A DNA stretch of 59,959 nucleotides from Kiritimatiellia bacterium (GCA_017542055.1 JAFXXW010000001.1:1-59959), one strand, 5' to 3'. Shown: positions 1 to 10,056, counted from the first letter of the stretch. Numbers and translations are program-made. Notes: generated from the letters alone by a model not told the origin.

Positions 1-116
1 CCTTTTTCGACGCTCCCCGGCTCTGAAATGGTTCCGCTGGCATACAGCAGGCTTTCTGTCAGTGTCGTCTTGCCCGCATCTACATGGGCAAGAATCCCGA
101 TATTGATAATGTTCAT
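1..116 (-). CDS. tet(W): Tetracycline ribosomal protection protein, Tet(W)-like; 5' part only, runs off the window edge
   Basis: Not in the ORF track. Manual translation from ATG 116 gives [38 protein letters not shown](G), the GTPase G1 region of TetM/O/W proteins, closest to the Tet(W) N-terminus as I recall it. RBS-like GAGGGAG upstream. Exact class cannot be fixed from 38 codons. Confidence 0.8.
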   Translation of the reverse strand, partial: MNIINIGILAHVDAGKTTLTESLLYASGTISEPGSVEK

Positions 117-250
117 GTCTGATCATTCTCCCTCATTTGACAGCTGTTGAAATACCGATTCATGGCAAGTGGAATATACCCTTATCCCATTCTCGGACGA
201 AACGATGTCCTCATCGACAACCTCTATGTTCGTCAACTCCTCAGAGCCAA

Positions 251-336
251 CAGGGTCAGACCTGATTGCCACAGTAAATTGCCACAGTAGGTTTTCCTTG
301 TCATAGAGGCGCGACCCTTTCGATTCGCTGCTTGCC
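251..336. repeat. End-motif repeat CAGGGTCAGAC(C/T)TGATTGCCACAG plus flank, copy 1
   Basis: 251-286 matches the reverse complement of 14353-14388 at 34/36. 251-336 also matches 14941-15012 in direct orientation, apart from an internal duplication of TTGCCACAGTA. Confidence 0.85.
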
Positions 337-470
337 CCCTTCAAACGCGCGGTGTGCCACTCGGCTGATCAGGCGCTGGCACCGATCTGGAAGATTTATC
401 CTGCACCGTCTCATGCCGAACAGTATATCATAAACTCCCACAACCTCCCTAACTCGTTTCATCAGCATAT

Positions 471-499
471 ATTATATCATATTTTGGGACAAAAGACAA
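471..499 (-). promoter_or_regulatory. sigma70 promoter pointing toward the tet gene
   Basis: Minus strand TTGTCT-N17-TATAAT with TG extended -10, same architecture as the other promoters in the window. Confidence 0.65.
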
Positions 500-705
500 G
501 GGTGTTTGCGTATGTTTTGGACAAACTCCAAGGTTGCCAGGCCGTCGATCGCAACAATATCCAAGGTTGTTTCGCGCCGCTCTGTCAACTCCCGCTCCTT
601 TCATTGGTCATTGGAATTGGCACTGGCAACATTTCCACATTGGCAACATTCTCCCCCAACCCGCGCTTGCCCTCATCCGCGTATTCATTGCGACTTCTCC
701 GTGGT

Positions 706-3700
706 TCAATCTTCGGGCGGGGCGGCGACGGCTTTGATGAATATGCGGCGGAAGGGAACGGTCTTGGAGTTGGAGCGCGCGAAGGAGAACTTCTTGACGT
801 TCTGTGCGCCATCGCGCAACTGGCGGGTGTAGGCGAGGCGCCCGTTGTCGTAAACCTTCACATCCCGGCCTCTGAAGACGACTTTGACGACCTTGTTCGT
901 CTCGCCCTTCGGCCACGGGAGAATGGCGAAACGGTTGTCCTTCTCGTCGGTCTTGTTTGCGACGGCGAGCACGCTGAAGCGCTGGTAGAAGTCCTTGGCG
1001 CTCGAGCCAAACTCAAAATGCATCATTCCCTCGCCCTTCGTCTCGGGTCCGTCCACCGTCAACTCGAATTCGACCGTAATTTCCTCCAGCTTCTCGTCTA
1101 TATCCGCCCAGAGATTCTTTGGAAAGATGCCGGCAAGTTCGCAACCGTCCGGCGCCAGCGCCTTGGTGCCGATGCAGCATCCGGCGAGGTATCTCAAGAA
1201 TCCCCACTGCAAATCCGGCGTGTTGTCCTTCGACACCTCGCCGCGATATATGAGCGGCAGGATGAGTTTCTCGAACGGCTCGTAGTTGCGCGTCTCGTGG
1301 GTATGGTCGCGGCACGATTTGCGCATCGGCTCCCACTGTCCGAAAGCGTGGCGCAGCGCGTGCAGCAAGTCCCTACGATCCGTGTCCGGACGCGACCGGA
1401 CCCAGTCGGCGAGCGCGCGCATCCCCGCATTGCGCCATGTGGTCGTGTTTTTCACGGCCTTGATGTAAGTCAGTTTCTCTTCCTTCGCCTTGGCGCCGTC
1501 GTAGTTACGCCACGCATCGAACATCTCCATGTCGCCCATGCTCCAAGCCGCCGCAAGGAACGTATCGGCGACGAATCGGCGCGCCCCGATGGAAACGCCC
1601 TTGCGCTTGAGATAGCCGCCGTTCATGTAGATGTCGCTGAAGTGGCGTATCACTTCGGCGTTGTTCTCCGCCCATTCCTCGAAATTCCGCTCCTTGCCTC
1701 GATACGTCTCTTCCTTGAAGACGTCCCAATACACCTTGTCGATTGCCCAGGCGGGCATGAGCGTATCAGCGAAGTCGTCGGACAGGAACATCCTGAAGAA
1801 CGCCATCATATCGAGCGTCGAGCCACCCCAGCGCGGACGCATTCCCCACACGAACTGGTCGGCGGCGAGCGCATCGTCCTTGAAAAGCGCCGCCGCGCGC
1901 CGGTACCACTTCAGCGCCTCCGCCCTGTTGCCGTAGTTGGCCTTGAGGCCGACGAATGTCGGGGATGCCAGGTCCGGCCGCAGCGCGTAAGCTTTCTCCG
2001 CCCATTCGAGCGCCTTGGCGCGGTGCTCGCCGTAGCCCTTCCAGCCTTCCTCCGTGACGGTGCTGGAGAAACCGCTGCCGCGCGCATCCCATGCGCGGTC
2101 GATGTGCCAGTAAGCCATCGCCACCGCCTCCAGCCACGGATCGAACGCCGCGCCTTCCGCTTTCAGCTCCTCGAAAACCATTTTGTTGTTGCCGCGCTGA
2201 TGCGCAATCGTCCACCACGCGCAGACGATTTCCTCCGGCTTCCATTCGCCGGAGGCGATGAACTTCTTTTTCAGCGCGACGGAAATCTGCGTCAGCTCAT
2301 TTGCGTTTTTGCCGTCATGTTCGCGCCAGTCGGCGATGAATAAGATGCGCGAGGCAAGCGGCCAGCGCGGGTCGTCCTTCCACTTTCCCCAAGTCTCGCG
2401 GCGCACGGCGGCATTCTCCTCCGCGCCGATCTTTTTCGGGTGTTGCGCCGTATGCTCGATCACCACGAACGGCGTGCGAGCGCCGCGTTCCCACGCCGCC
2501 GTCGCGTCCGCCGCATAATCCTTGCGCAGCGACTTGCGGTTTACGTCTTTCGGCGCGCGGGAAATGGCGTATTCCCTGACTACTGCGGCCATATCCATAT
2601 CCGAGAACGCGGCGCCGAGCATCTCCTGCTCTGGCTTGGCAAGCAGCCGCTCCGCGAACGGCATGAACACCTCCTCCGTCCAGTCCAACGCAGCCCCGGC
2701 ACCCGCAAGCGGCAAAGCGAGCGGCGCGGCGGCTTCTTCGTCCTCTTCCTCATCATTATCTTCGGCGTCATCATCTTCGCCATCCGCCGCCGACTCGAGG
2801 ATTTCCTCGACACTCGCCTCGGCAATCTCCACTGAACGTTCCATGCCGTATGCCACACTTTTGAGTAGTTCGTCCTTCTCTTCCGCGAGTTCCTCCGGCA
2901 CCTCAAGCGCCTTGAGCCGAGACTCGACATCGCGCAAATCCTCCGCCCGCTTCGCGAACAGCGCCTTGATGCGTTCGGCCGTCTCGGCGTCCTTTGGTCT
3001 GCCTATCTTTTCAAGTTCGGCGGCAAACGCCATACTGCTTCGCTGCGACTCTTCGAAAAGCTCCTTGAAATATTTTCCCCTGAGCGGCGCAAGCCGCAAT
3101 TCCTTCTTGAAATTCTCCACCCATTTTTCCGCACCGCCGCGTTCGTAGCCGCCTTGGGACTTGATGCTTTCTTCCCACGCCGACACGATCAGCACCAATG
3201 GATAGCCCCTGACCTCGAACTTCTCCTGCAACTCGCGGTTGCGCCTGCGTTCCTTCGCCGACAACATGCTTGCGTCTTTCGGGAAATCAAGTACGACGCA
3301 CTCGAATTCATTTGTGGCATAGTCGAGAAATGCGCTCTTCGAGAGGACTTCCTTCTCAAGCTTCTTGCAATAAGTGCACCAGTCGCTACCGGTGAAAAGC
3401 AAGAACAAATCGCGCCCGTTCGCTTTCGCCCGCTCCCGCGCCGCATCGTAGTCCACCGTAAAACCCGCCGGCAATTTGCGATTGGCATTCGCCTCCGTCT
3501 CCTGCGCCACAGGAATAGCAACGCTGACCGCCGCAAGGCCATATCCCTGGCCATCTGCCGACGCCACCGCCTTCCAGTTGGCGTCGTCGCGGAAATCGTA
3601 ACCGAGCGCGTTTTTCTTGTAGCCGAGCGTGACGAACCCCGTGTAGTCGCAGACCGCCCGCACACCTTCCGGCGAATCCGTGAACACCGCGCGGACGCAT

Positions 3701-4701
3701 TTCACGTATTCCTTGCCGTCGCCCTTGTCGATGCACTGGAACTGCACGCGCAGCTTCTCTCCCGGCTGGTATTCCTTGTTATAGCCCTTCGCCTCAAGCC
3801 CCTCGCCTCCGTTCACCCACGCGCCGCCCATCATCCCGGAGAACTCGCCATCGGCAAGTTCTTCTATCGTCATGCCGGGGAAAACCAGCGTCGCCTCCCC
3901 TTCCCTCGCCGCAACATACCCGGCGTACGATTCTGTGCGAACTTCTGGCGGCGGCTCTGCCGTTTCTTCTTCCGCCTTTTCGTCCGCTTCCTTCTTCTCA
4001 ACTGGCTTCAGACTTTCCGCTCGCGCCACCGCCTCTTTAGAAAGAAACGCCTTGGCGTAGTCCGGCACTTCGCCGCCAAAGAAAGCGCGAACCTCGTCAT
4101 CGGTCGCCGTCCTGACGAATGTCTCCAGTTCCTCCTGGACTTGCTTGTGCTCCTTGGCAATCGACAGCGCCGACCATTGCGCCGCGCGTTGCGTCAAATC
4201 AATTGTCGCCTCCTCCGGAAACGTGAACGACCCTCGCTTGATGATGCGCCTCGGCGCCTCCCTGTCGCCCGTCGCGAAGAAATACCCCCACATGAAATCG
4301 AGATGCCCCGGTCCAAGCGCCTTGGGATCTTCGCCGACAATTTCGGCCAGCGACTTGCCATCAAGACCGAAGTCGATAGCGCCCTTCAGCCAGCGCGCCT
4401 TCGTCGCCTCTTTTGCCGCCACCCATTCGTCCTTGCGCTCCGGCGATATCTTCACCACGCCAAAATAGAATCCTGACATCGGGCTCACCGCGCTTCGCGA
4501 CTTCCTGACCGACTTCTCGACATACGGTATTTTCGCAATCGCCTCCACCGCGTCCGGCTTGAGGTAGTACGCTTGCAGAAACAAGTTGAACGCCTCCTCT
4601 TCGACGCTTGGTTTCCCGCCGCTCTTGCCGACCGCGACCATCGCCATCGCAACAATCGCAGCAAACATGATTTTCTTTTTCATATGTCTGTCTCCTTTCA
4701 T
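706..4701 (-). CDS. Large secreted multidomain protein: thioredoxin-like domain plus DUF4034-like domain
   Basis: 1331 aa ORF with signal peptide MKKKIMFAAIVAMAMVAVG (alternative start 4683 with AAAGGAG RBS), LLFTGSDWCTYC CxxC thioredoxin motif, acidic linker, and AWDARGSGFSSTVTEEGW motif typical of DUF4034. Confidence 0.75.
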   Translation of the reverse strand: MKGDRHMKKKIMFAAIVAMAMVAVGKSGGKPSVEEEAFNLFLQAYYLKPDAVEAIAKIPYVEKSVRKSRSAVSPMSGFYFGVVKISPERKDEWVAAKEATKARWLKGAIDFGLDGKSLAEIVGEDPKALGPGHLDFMWGYFFATGDREAPRRIIKRGSFTFPEEATIDLTQRAAQWSALSIAKEHKQVQEELETFVRTATDDEVRAFFGGEVPDYAKAFLSKEAVARAESLKPVEKKEADEKAEEETAEPPPEVRTESYAGYVAAREGEATLVFPGMTIEELADGEFSGMMGGAWVNGGEGLEAKGYNKEYQPGEKLRVQFQCIDKGDGKEYVKCVRAVFTDSPEGVRAVCDYTGFVTLGYKKNALGYDFRDDANWKAVASADGQGYGLAAVSVAIPVAQETEANANRKLPAGFTVDYDAARERAKANGRDLFLLFTGSDWCTYCKKLEKEVLSKSAFLDYATNEFECVVLDFPKDASMLSAKERRRNRELQEKFEVRGYPLVLIVSAWEESIKSQGGYERGGAEKWVENFKKELRLAPLRGKYFKELFEESQRSSMAFAAELEKIGRPKDAETAERIKALFAKRAEDLRDVESRLKALEVPEELAEEKDELLKSVAYGMERSVEIAEASVEEILESAADGEDDDAEDNDEEEDEEAAAPLALPLAGAGAALDWTEEVFMPFAERLLAKPEQEMLGAAFSDMDMAAVVREYAISRAPKDVNRKSLRKDYAADATAAWERGARTPFVVIEHTAQHPKKIGAEENAAVRRETWGKWKDDPRWPLASRILFIADWREHDGKNANELTQISVALKKKFIASGEWKPEEIVCAWWTIAHQRGNNKMVFEELKAEGAAFDPWLEAVAMAYWHIDRAWDARGSGFSSTVTEEGWKGYGEHRAKALEWAEKAYALRPDLASPTFVGLKANYGNRAEALKWYRRAAALFKDDALAADQFVWGMRPRWGGSTLDMMAFFRMFLSDDFADTLMPAWAIDKVYWDVFKEETYRGKERNFEEWAENNAEVIRHFSDIYMNGGYLKRKGVSIGARRFVADTFLAAAWSMGDMEMFDAWRNYDGAKAKEEKLTYIKAVKNTTTWRNAGMRALADWVRSRPDTDRRDLLHALRHAFGQWEPMRKSCRDHTHETRNYEPFEKLILPLIYRGEVSKDNTPDLQWGFLRYLAGCCIGTKALAPDGCELAGIFPKNLWADIDEKLEEITVEFELTVDGPETKGEGMMHFEFGSSAKDFYQRFSVLAVANKTDEKDNRFAILPWPKGETNKVVKVVFRGRDVKVYDNGRLAYTRQLRDGAQNVKKFSFARSNSKTVPFRRIFIKAVAAPPED

Positions 4702-4788
4702 TGAAAATTGAGTTTGGTTTTAGTCACGTGAAAACGCATCATCATCCGCGTATTCATTTCGATTCCTCCGATATCATGGCTTGCATCT

Positions 4789-5211
4789 TCAATGACAATC
4801 TATTAAGGTTACGATTAAGCGATAGGCGGCATAGACAGCGCCACCAACAGCAACGCCTATGACAAGTAGCGACCGCGCAATCTCCGCGCAAACGGACAGT
4901 TTGGAAATCGCTTTCCATTGATAACGGTCCCTCCAACTGCTGTTGCCTTCAAGATATTCAAGCAACGCATCTTCCGCCTCGCGTCGCGAAACAAGCCTGT
5001 CGCAGCGATATGCCTTGCCGCCTTTCCCTTCTTGATAGCAAAGTCTGAAATTGTCCGGCGGATTCACAAACGACACATGTATAAAAGCATCCGCATCGTG
5101 CGCTTGCCGCAACAACAAGTTTGTGCCTCGCTTCTTGTCGTCAGACATAAATTCGCGCAATAAGCTCGCCGTTGCATCTTGCTCTAGCGTTCTCGATGTT
5201 TTGACTCTCAT
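4789..5211 (-). CDS. Hypothetical protein with C-terminal TM helix; paralog of the N-domain of 6792..7994
   Basis: 140 aa, RBS GGAGCGGGAGC from the repeat; FRLCYQEG..YRC.R.VS..E..W...WK resembles FDLEYRDG..YHC.R.VS..E..W...WE. Confidence 0.7.
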   Translation of the reverse strand: MRVKTSRTLEQDATASLLREFMSDDKKRGTNLLLRQAHDADAFIHVSFVNPPDNFRLCYQEGKGGKAYRCDRLVSRREAEDALLEYLEGNSSWRDRYQWKAISKLSVCAEIARSLLVIGVAVGGAVYAAYRLIVTLIDCH

Positions 5212-5271
5212 GCTCCCGCTCCTTTCGTCTTGTCCGCGACGGCCCGCATAAACATCCGCGTAGTCATTTCG

Positions 5272-5859
5272 TCAGTTCCTTTCATTGCGCAACTCACCTG
5301 TCAACGCTTTTGTAGTCACTTCTTTGACTGCAATTTCACAGAAGTCACGACTGCCGCATCTAGCAAGCGGGCCAGCATCCCAGTACCGGTGCTCGAACCA
5401 GCCGGGAATCGGCAGAAACCCAGTTGGCAACACCGAAACCAATCCATATCCATTAATGTCAACGCCTATTCCCATGTCACCTTCCGGGAAACCAAGTTCA
5501 ATCGTGAAGTGCTGTGATGTCTTCACATACATCGGCAATATCGTCAATGTTGCGAAGCTGGGAATTCTCGACCAAAGCGGACTGTCGCTCGTTTCAGGCT
5601 CTTGCTTTACCGCAACCTTGACTATTGGAAGCGCGTCGTCACCACTAGATTTTGGCAATCGTCTAATGGCATATAGTGCGACCATTTCATAATAGCCACA
5701 ACTGGAAGGTTCAATCAGCCTATAGTACTCACTTTGCGTATTGCCGGAAACCTTTAGCGACGTTACGCTGTAATTGTATCCGGCATTTACGCACCCTGCC
5801 AAGCACCCCGCCATCGCCGCTCCCGCTACGGCCCGCGCAAACATCATCCGCGTATTCAT
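5272..5859 (-). CDS. Lipoprotein whose signal peptide begins with the type A repeat
   Basis: MNTRMMFARAVAGAAMAGCLAGC with LAGC lipobox; RBS AAAGGAACGAACCC. Confidence 0.75.
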   Translation of the reverse strand: MNTRMMFARAVAGAAMAGCLAGCVNAGYNYSVTSLKVSGNTQSEYYRLIEPSSCGYYEMVALYAIRRLPKSSGDDALPIVKVAVKQEPETSDSPLWSRIPSFATLTILPMYVKTSQHFTIELGFPEGDMGIGVDINGYGLVSVLPTGFLPIPGWFEHRYWDAGPLARCGSRDFCEIAVKEVTTKALTGELRNERN

Positions 5860-5877
5860 GGGTTCGTTCCTTTAGTT

Positions 5878-6654
5878 TTACCTCTCCTCTTTCGCGCGAG
5901 GGATACAGCAACCTTCAACAGCGCTGATAGTCAGGACGCGTTCTTCGTTGTCCCACGTCCATCTGCAACCCAAACTGGAGCAGAGCAAATAGATTAGCGA
6001 TTCTAGCCGTATATCGCGCGCCTCAAAAACTGGTGCAGGGGTCTGCGAAATATCGCCGCCTTCCATCGCATTCTTGTATTCGCGTATGATGCGCAATCTT
6101 CCTTTTCCATCGTGTCCCTCCGGACAAGAGCAATTCATGCATTGCTCGAGATAGTCAATTGCATCGTCAAGCGTTGCGGGCGGTCGTATCTTGAATAAGG
6201 GGACAACTATCTCATGCAGTAAATCTTTCTCCTGCGCAAAGCAACGAGAATCATAGCAAGCGACCATTTTCCCCTCAATTGGTGGGCGAAATTTATCTTT
6301 GTCCCGAATCAGCGAGCTCAAATGCATCGCATACATTCGCTGAAGCCTTGCGAACGCTCGCAAATCCTCGTCAAGCAACGAATACTTGTCGTCCAGCTTT
6401 TTGCGCAACCACTTAATCTGCTCATCCATCGGCATAGTCGTGCCACCAGGATAAATAGAATCCTCCAAACAAGCTATTTCTGCCGCATTTGTCAGTACGA
6501 CATGAAACAAAGCCTCTGCCGAGGAAATCCGAAACTTGCCGCATGTGTTATTATAACCCGCAAGGTCGTCTTTAATTAAATCGTTCTCGGGTAACCAGCC
6601 AAACGCCGTCGCGACCATTGCCGCGAGCCCCACCGCCATCATCATTTTCTTCAT
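5878..6654 (-). CDS. Secreted hypothetical protein, possible STN-like C-terminal domain
   Basis: Signal peptide MKKMMMAVGLAAMVATAFG; C-terminal FEARDIRLESLIYLLCSSLGCRW resembles secretin/TonB N-terminal domains. Confidence 0.65.
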   Translation of the reverse strand: MKKMMMAVGLAAMVATAFGWLPENDLIKDDLAGYNNTCGKFRISSAEALFHVVLTNAAEIACLEDSIYPGGTTMPMDEQIKWLRKKLDDKYSLLDEDLRAFARLQRMYAMHLSSLIRDKDKFRPPIEGKMVACYDSRCFAQEKDLLHEIVVPLFKIRPPATLDDAIDYLEQCMNCSCPEGHDGKGRLRIIREYKNAMEGGDISQTPAPVFEARDIRLESLIYLLCSSLGCRWTWDNEERVLTISAVEGCCIPRAKEER

Positions 6655-6791
6655 CGCCGTTTTCCTTTCATTGACAATTGGTTATTGGCATTGGATATTT
6701 GCACATTTTCACATTTCCCTCTCCCCCTACGCAGAGCTGCGGAGGACAAGTTGATTCGTGCAAATGGTTTCATGGGTTGCTCCTTTCGGTT

Positions 6792-7994
6792 TCATTTCAG
6801 TGGGATGCGGTAGGATGATGAGACGACTAGGCCGCTCTTGAACACCACCGTGGCGCGGAAATAGTATCTGAAGGCAGTATGACAGTCTTTTGCGATTCGC
6901 GGCATTTCCAGCGTCACGCTGCCGGACGCGATCTCCAGCGAATGCGTAAACTTCTTTTCATCGTTAATATCTCCCGGTTGAGCGCCAACAATCCCGTGTC
7001 TTGCCTCGCAAGCCGCACATGCCGCCGTCGCAAGTGCAACGCTCTTTACCTCTTCCGCGTCGCCTTTGAAGCGGTATTCAAATGTAGCGCGTTCGCCCTC
7101 TTTCAGCAACCCACCCACAAGCCGCACCTCGTAGCTTGGCCGCAGATGTTTCCATAGAAGGCGGAAGAAATACACTGTCATCGCAACGCCAATGAGCGGG
7201 AAGACCACGCCTATAACAAGAATCGCATCGAATCCCTTTTCGGAATAGGCACGCACGGCATCTACAAACTTCGGAGCAAGGCCATAAAACGCGCCAGCAT
7301 CCCAGCCTATGCACCAAATCGCCATGAAGACAAGGCCATTGGGCAACATACGCCGCAGTCTTATTCCATCCATCGGTATCGACCGCTCATGAGCCTCCCG
7401 CGTCTTGCCGCGTGTCTTGAGCCATTTCACAAGCTGCATCACAGGGCCACCGATAAAGACGCAAGCGAAGAGCGCAAAGAATCCCGCATATATCCAATCG
7501 CCCTTGTCCGCATTCGGACGCAACGCCGTCTTAATCGCATCGTAAAGATTCAAGGAGATGAGTGGCACACCAATAGCGATGGCGATTGCCGCAGCCACAT
7601 AGCACAAAACCTTTTCGGCTGGCGGCATCCCGGCCGTCGGGGAAAATGTCCAACCGCTCGTACCGCCCCGCTCCAACTCCCAATCAAAGCAACTGCGCCA
7701 CTCGCCGCGCCCGGCCAGTTCATCGAGAAAGACGCGCTCCACCTCGTCCGTGCTAACGCGGCGCGAGCAGTGGTAGAGATAGCCGTTCTTGCCATCGCGG
7801 TATTCGAGGTCGAAAAGTCCGTCGCTTTTGCCGCCCACTTCGTCATAGTCGCAGGCGATCTGCACGAAGCGTGAGTCGTCCGCGTCGTCCGACATGATCA
7901 TGAACTCGCCGCGCCGCGCGTCATTCCGCACCAGCTCGCGCACAAGCTCTTCGGTGGCGACCCGCTCGCCCATCTTCTCCGCCTCAATCTTCAT
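6792..7994 (-). CDS. Multi-pass membrane hypothetical protein
   Basis: 400 aa with about 4 hydrophobic segments; repeat-derived RBS. Confidence 0.75.
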   Translation of the reverse strand: MKIEAEKMGERVATEELVRELVRNDARRGEFMIMSDDADDSRFVQIACDYDEVGGKSDGLFDLEYRDGKNGYLYHCSRRVSTDEVERVFLDELAGRGEWRSCFDWELERGGTSGWTFSPTAGMPPAEKVLCYVAAAIAIAIGVPLISLNLYDAIKTALRPNADKGDWIYAGFFALFACVFIGGPVMQLVKWLKTRGKTREAHERSIPMDGIRLRRMLPNGLVFMAIWCIGWDAGAFYGLAPKFVDAVRAYSEKGFDAILVIGVVFPLIGVAMTVYFFRLLWKHLRPSYEVRLVGGLLKEGERATFEYRFKGDAEEVKSVALATAACAACEARHGIVGAQPGDINDEKKFTHSLEIASGSVTLEMPRIAKDCHTAFRYYFRATVVFKSGLVVSSSYRIPLK

Positions 7995-8066
7995 GCTCCC
8001 GCTCTCCTTTCTTAATCCTGTCTAAAAGCTTTCCCGCGACGGCCCGCGCAAACATCCTCCGCGTAT

Positions 8067-9404
8067 TCATACGGATCCCTTTCGCAAGAAGTCTTCATAT
8101 TCGCCAATGAAGTAAAGCGGCAGGATGCGAACGGCATCATCAATTAGACCAAAGTTCTCTTCGGAGGTTCGGATGGCAAGCTTCAGGTTCTTTTCCTCCA
8201 TAAGAATGCGCAGACTCTTCATGGAACCATTGACGCCGGATTTAACCTCGATCGGCAGCACATTGTCGCCGAACTGGACGACATAATCTACCTCGGCATT
8301 GGAATCTTTCGCCTCCCGATGCCAATAAAAGAGGCGGTTTTCGGCGAACGCCGAGCCCGCCTTTTTGAGTTCCAGCCCCGTGAACATCTCCGCCAGCTTG
8401 CCGCGATTGACGAACTTCCCCGGCGGCTCGTTCACCCATTCCGGCACGTTCAAGCCGCTTTCGCGCAGATAAAGCCCCGTATCGAGCAACATGAACTTCT
8501 GGCTTTTGGGATTGAGGTCCCCGCCCAACGGAACGCCACTGGCGTTGCAGCAATCAGTGCGTATTGTCAACTTGGCGCGTTCCAACAAATCGGTGGCGTT
8601 TTTCGACTGGACGTAACTGAGACCCAAAAGCGCGTCCGAATAGACGAACTTTTCGCAAGTCTGGCGCACGACCGATGTGAGCGCGTGCCGTATCACATCC
8701 GGACTCAGCCTCGTCTTGTATTTGCCGAAGTCTTCCTTGAGCGAGACGAGAATATCGTCCTGCTCCCGTTGCGCCGCGAGGAAGCTCCCGGTTTCGACAT
8801 AGCGCTCGACAGCGGCCGGCATGCCGCCGACGATGAGAAACGACTTGAGAATCTCTAGCAGCTTGCCATGCGCAATCCCGGGTAGAGGCTTGTCGAATGC
8901 CGCGCCCCTCGCCCGCTCCAGAGCCATATCCGTCCCAAGTGCCCCGGCGAATTCCGCGTATGAGAGCGGATACACGAACATGTTGCGTATCCGCCCCACC
9001 CCGAAGTCGCTCAAATCGTCGAACACGAACTCCAAGAGCGACCCCGCCGCAATCACATGGAGACTTTGCATATCCTCGTAGAAAAACCGCAAAGCGGAAA
9101 TGGCGCGGGGGCACTCCTGTATCTCGTCAAGGAAAATAAGCGTGCGCCCAGGGACGACAGGCTTGTCAAACTGGTATTCAATGAGCGATACGATGGTCTT
9201 TACGTCCAGATCGCCAGCAAAAGCCTCGCGTATCTTGCGGTTCTTCTCGAAATTGACCTCGATATAATAATCAAAGCCTTCCGCAAGATGCCGCACTGCT
9301 GTCGTTTTGCCAGTCTGCCTGGCACCTCTGAGCAGCAAAGGCTTGTGGCTAGAATCGTTTTTCCAGTCCTCAAGGGCAGAATCTATCTTTCTTTTAATGT
9401 ACAT
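8067..9404 (-). CDS. AAA+ ATPase, AAA_14 + DUF4143 family
   Basis: Walker A GARQTGKT, Walker B LIFLDEIQ, AAGSLL, GGMP, and C-terminal YW.RE...AEVDY...PIEVKSG nuclease-like motif. Confidence 0.92.
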   Translation of the reverse strand: MYIKRKIDSALEDWKNDSSHKPLLLRGARQTGKTTAVRHLAEGFDYYIEVNFEKNRKIREAFAGDLDVKTIVSLIEYQFDKPVVPGRTLIFLDEIQECPRAISALRFFYEDMQSLHVIAAGSLLEFVFDDLSDFGVGRIRNMFVYPLSYAEFAGALGTDMALERARGAAFDKPLPGIAHGKLLEILKSFLIVGGMPAAVERYVETGSFLAAQREQDDILVSLKEDFGKYKTRLSPDVIRHALTSVVRQTCEKFVYSDALLGLSYVQSKNATDLLERAKLTIRTDCCNASGVPLGGDLNPKSQKFMLLDTGLYLRESGLNVPEWVNEPPGKFVNRGKLAEMFTGLELKKAGSAFAENRLFYWHREAKDSNAEVDYVVQFGDNVLPIEVKSGVNGSMKSLRILMEEKNLKLAIRTSEENFGLIDDAVRILPLYFIGEYEDFLRKGSV

Positions 9405-9433
9405 TTTGCGCCTTTCCCATGGTTACAAGGCAT

Positions 9434-9488
9434 ATTATAGCATATTTTGGGGCGCACCGCAATAGCCAAGTGCCGAAAATCGGCACTT
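9434..9488 (-). promoter_or_regulatory. sigma70 promoter of the AAA ATPase with an adjacent palindrome
   Basis: TTGCGG-N17-TATAAT on the minus strand; perfect inverted repeat AAGTGCCGA-aaa-TCGGCACTT at 9468-9488. Confidence 0.6.
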
Positions 9489-9693
9489 ATAACCTCTGTC
9501 AAATAATCATATTCGGCGGACACTCACGCGATAAAGTAGCGAAAAACGGGGGATTAACTCCAATCGCCCTGCACAATGTCTCAATCTATCCTGCCTATTG
9601 ACTCAAGCACCAACCAACCGCCCTATATCGTTTTCCAACCCATTCGACACGCCCGCGACGGCCCGCGCAAACATCTTTCGAGTATTCATTTCG

Positions 9694-10056
9694 TCAGTTC
9701 CTATCCTTTGTTGATTGGTCCAAACGCCGTAGTTTTCGCAGGAAGTAAGAAACCATACAAATAACAACAGCGGCGATAAGGCTATAGAGAAACATACCTA
9801 AAAAGATGACGAATAATCCAAGCAGAATATTCCCTTGCTGTTCGCCCATGACATTAAATATAAATCTCCGTGCGAGCATCAAATACGGTTCGTAAACCAA
9901 TACGAACGCGTTTGCAACCACCTTCTCGACATATCTAGGGAAAAGCGGTGCCGCAGCAAAAACAACAACCTGTATGCACAACAACACAGTGGTAATAGCG
10001 ACGATTTTACTCGCCGCTCCCGCGACGGCCCGCGCAAACATCATCTGCGTATTCAT
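9694..10056 (-). CDS. Small membrane protein starting with the type A repeat (MNTQMMFARAVAG)
   Basis: 120 aa, hydrophobic; its ATG overlaps the TGA of the upstream gene. Confidence 0.65.
   Translation of the reverse strand: MNTQMMFARAVAGAASKIVAITTVLLCIQVVVFAAAPLFPRYVEKVVANAFVLVYEPYLMLARRFIFNVMGEQQGNILLGLFVIFLGMFLYSLIAAVVICMVSYFLRKLRRLDQSTKDRN

Noticed and set aside
1-116. EF-G (fusA)
   Set aside because: The [25 protein letters not shown] start fits TetM/O/W proteins rather than EF-G (RNIGIxAHIDAGKTTTTERIL), and there is no rpsG upstream.
123-344. 73-aa ORF upstream of tet
   Set aside because: It spans the repeat end motif and has no recognisable family; possibly a remnant, so not called.
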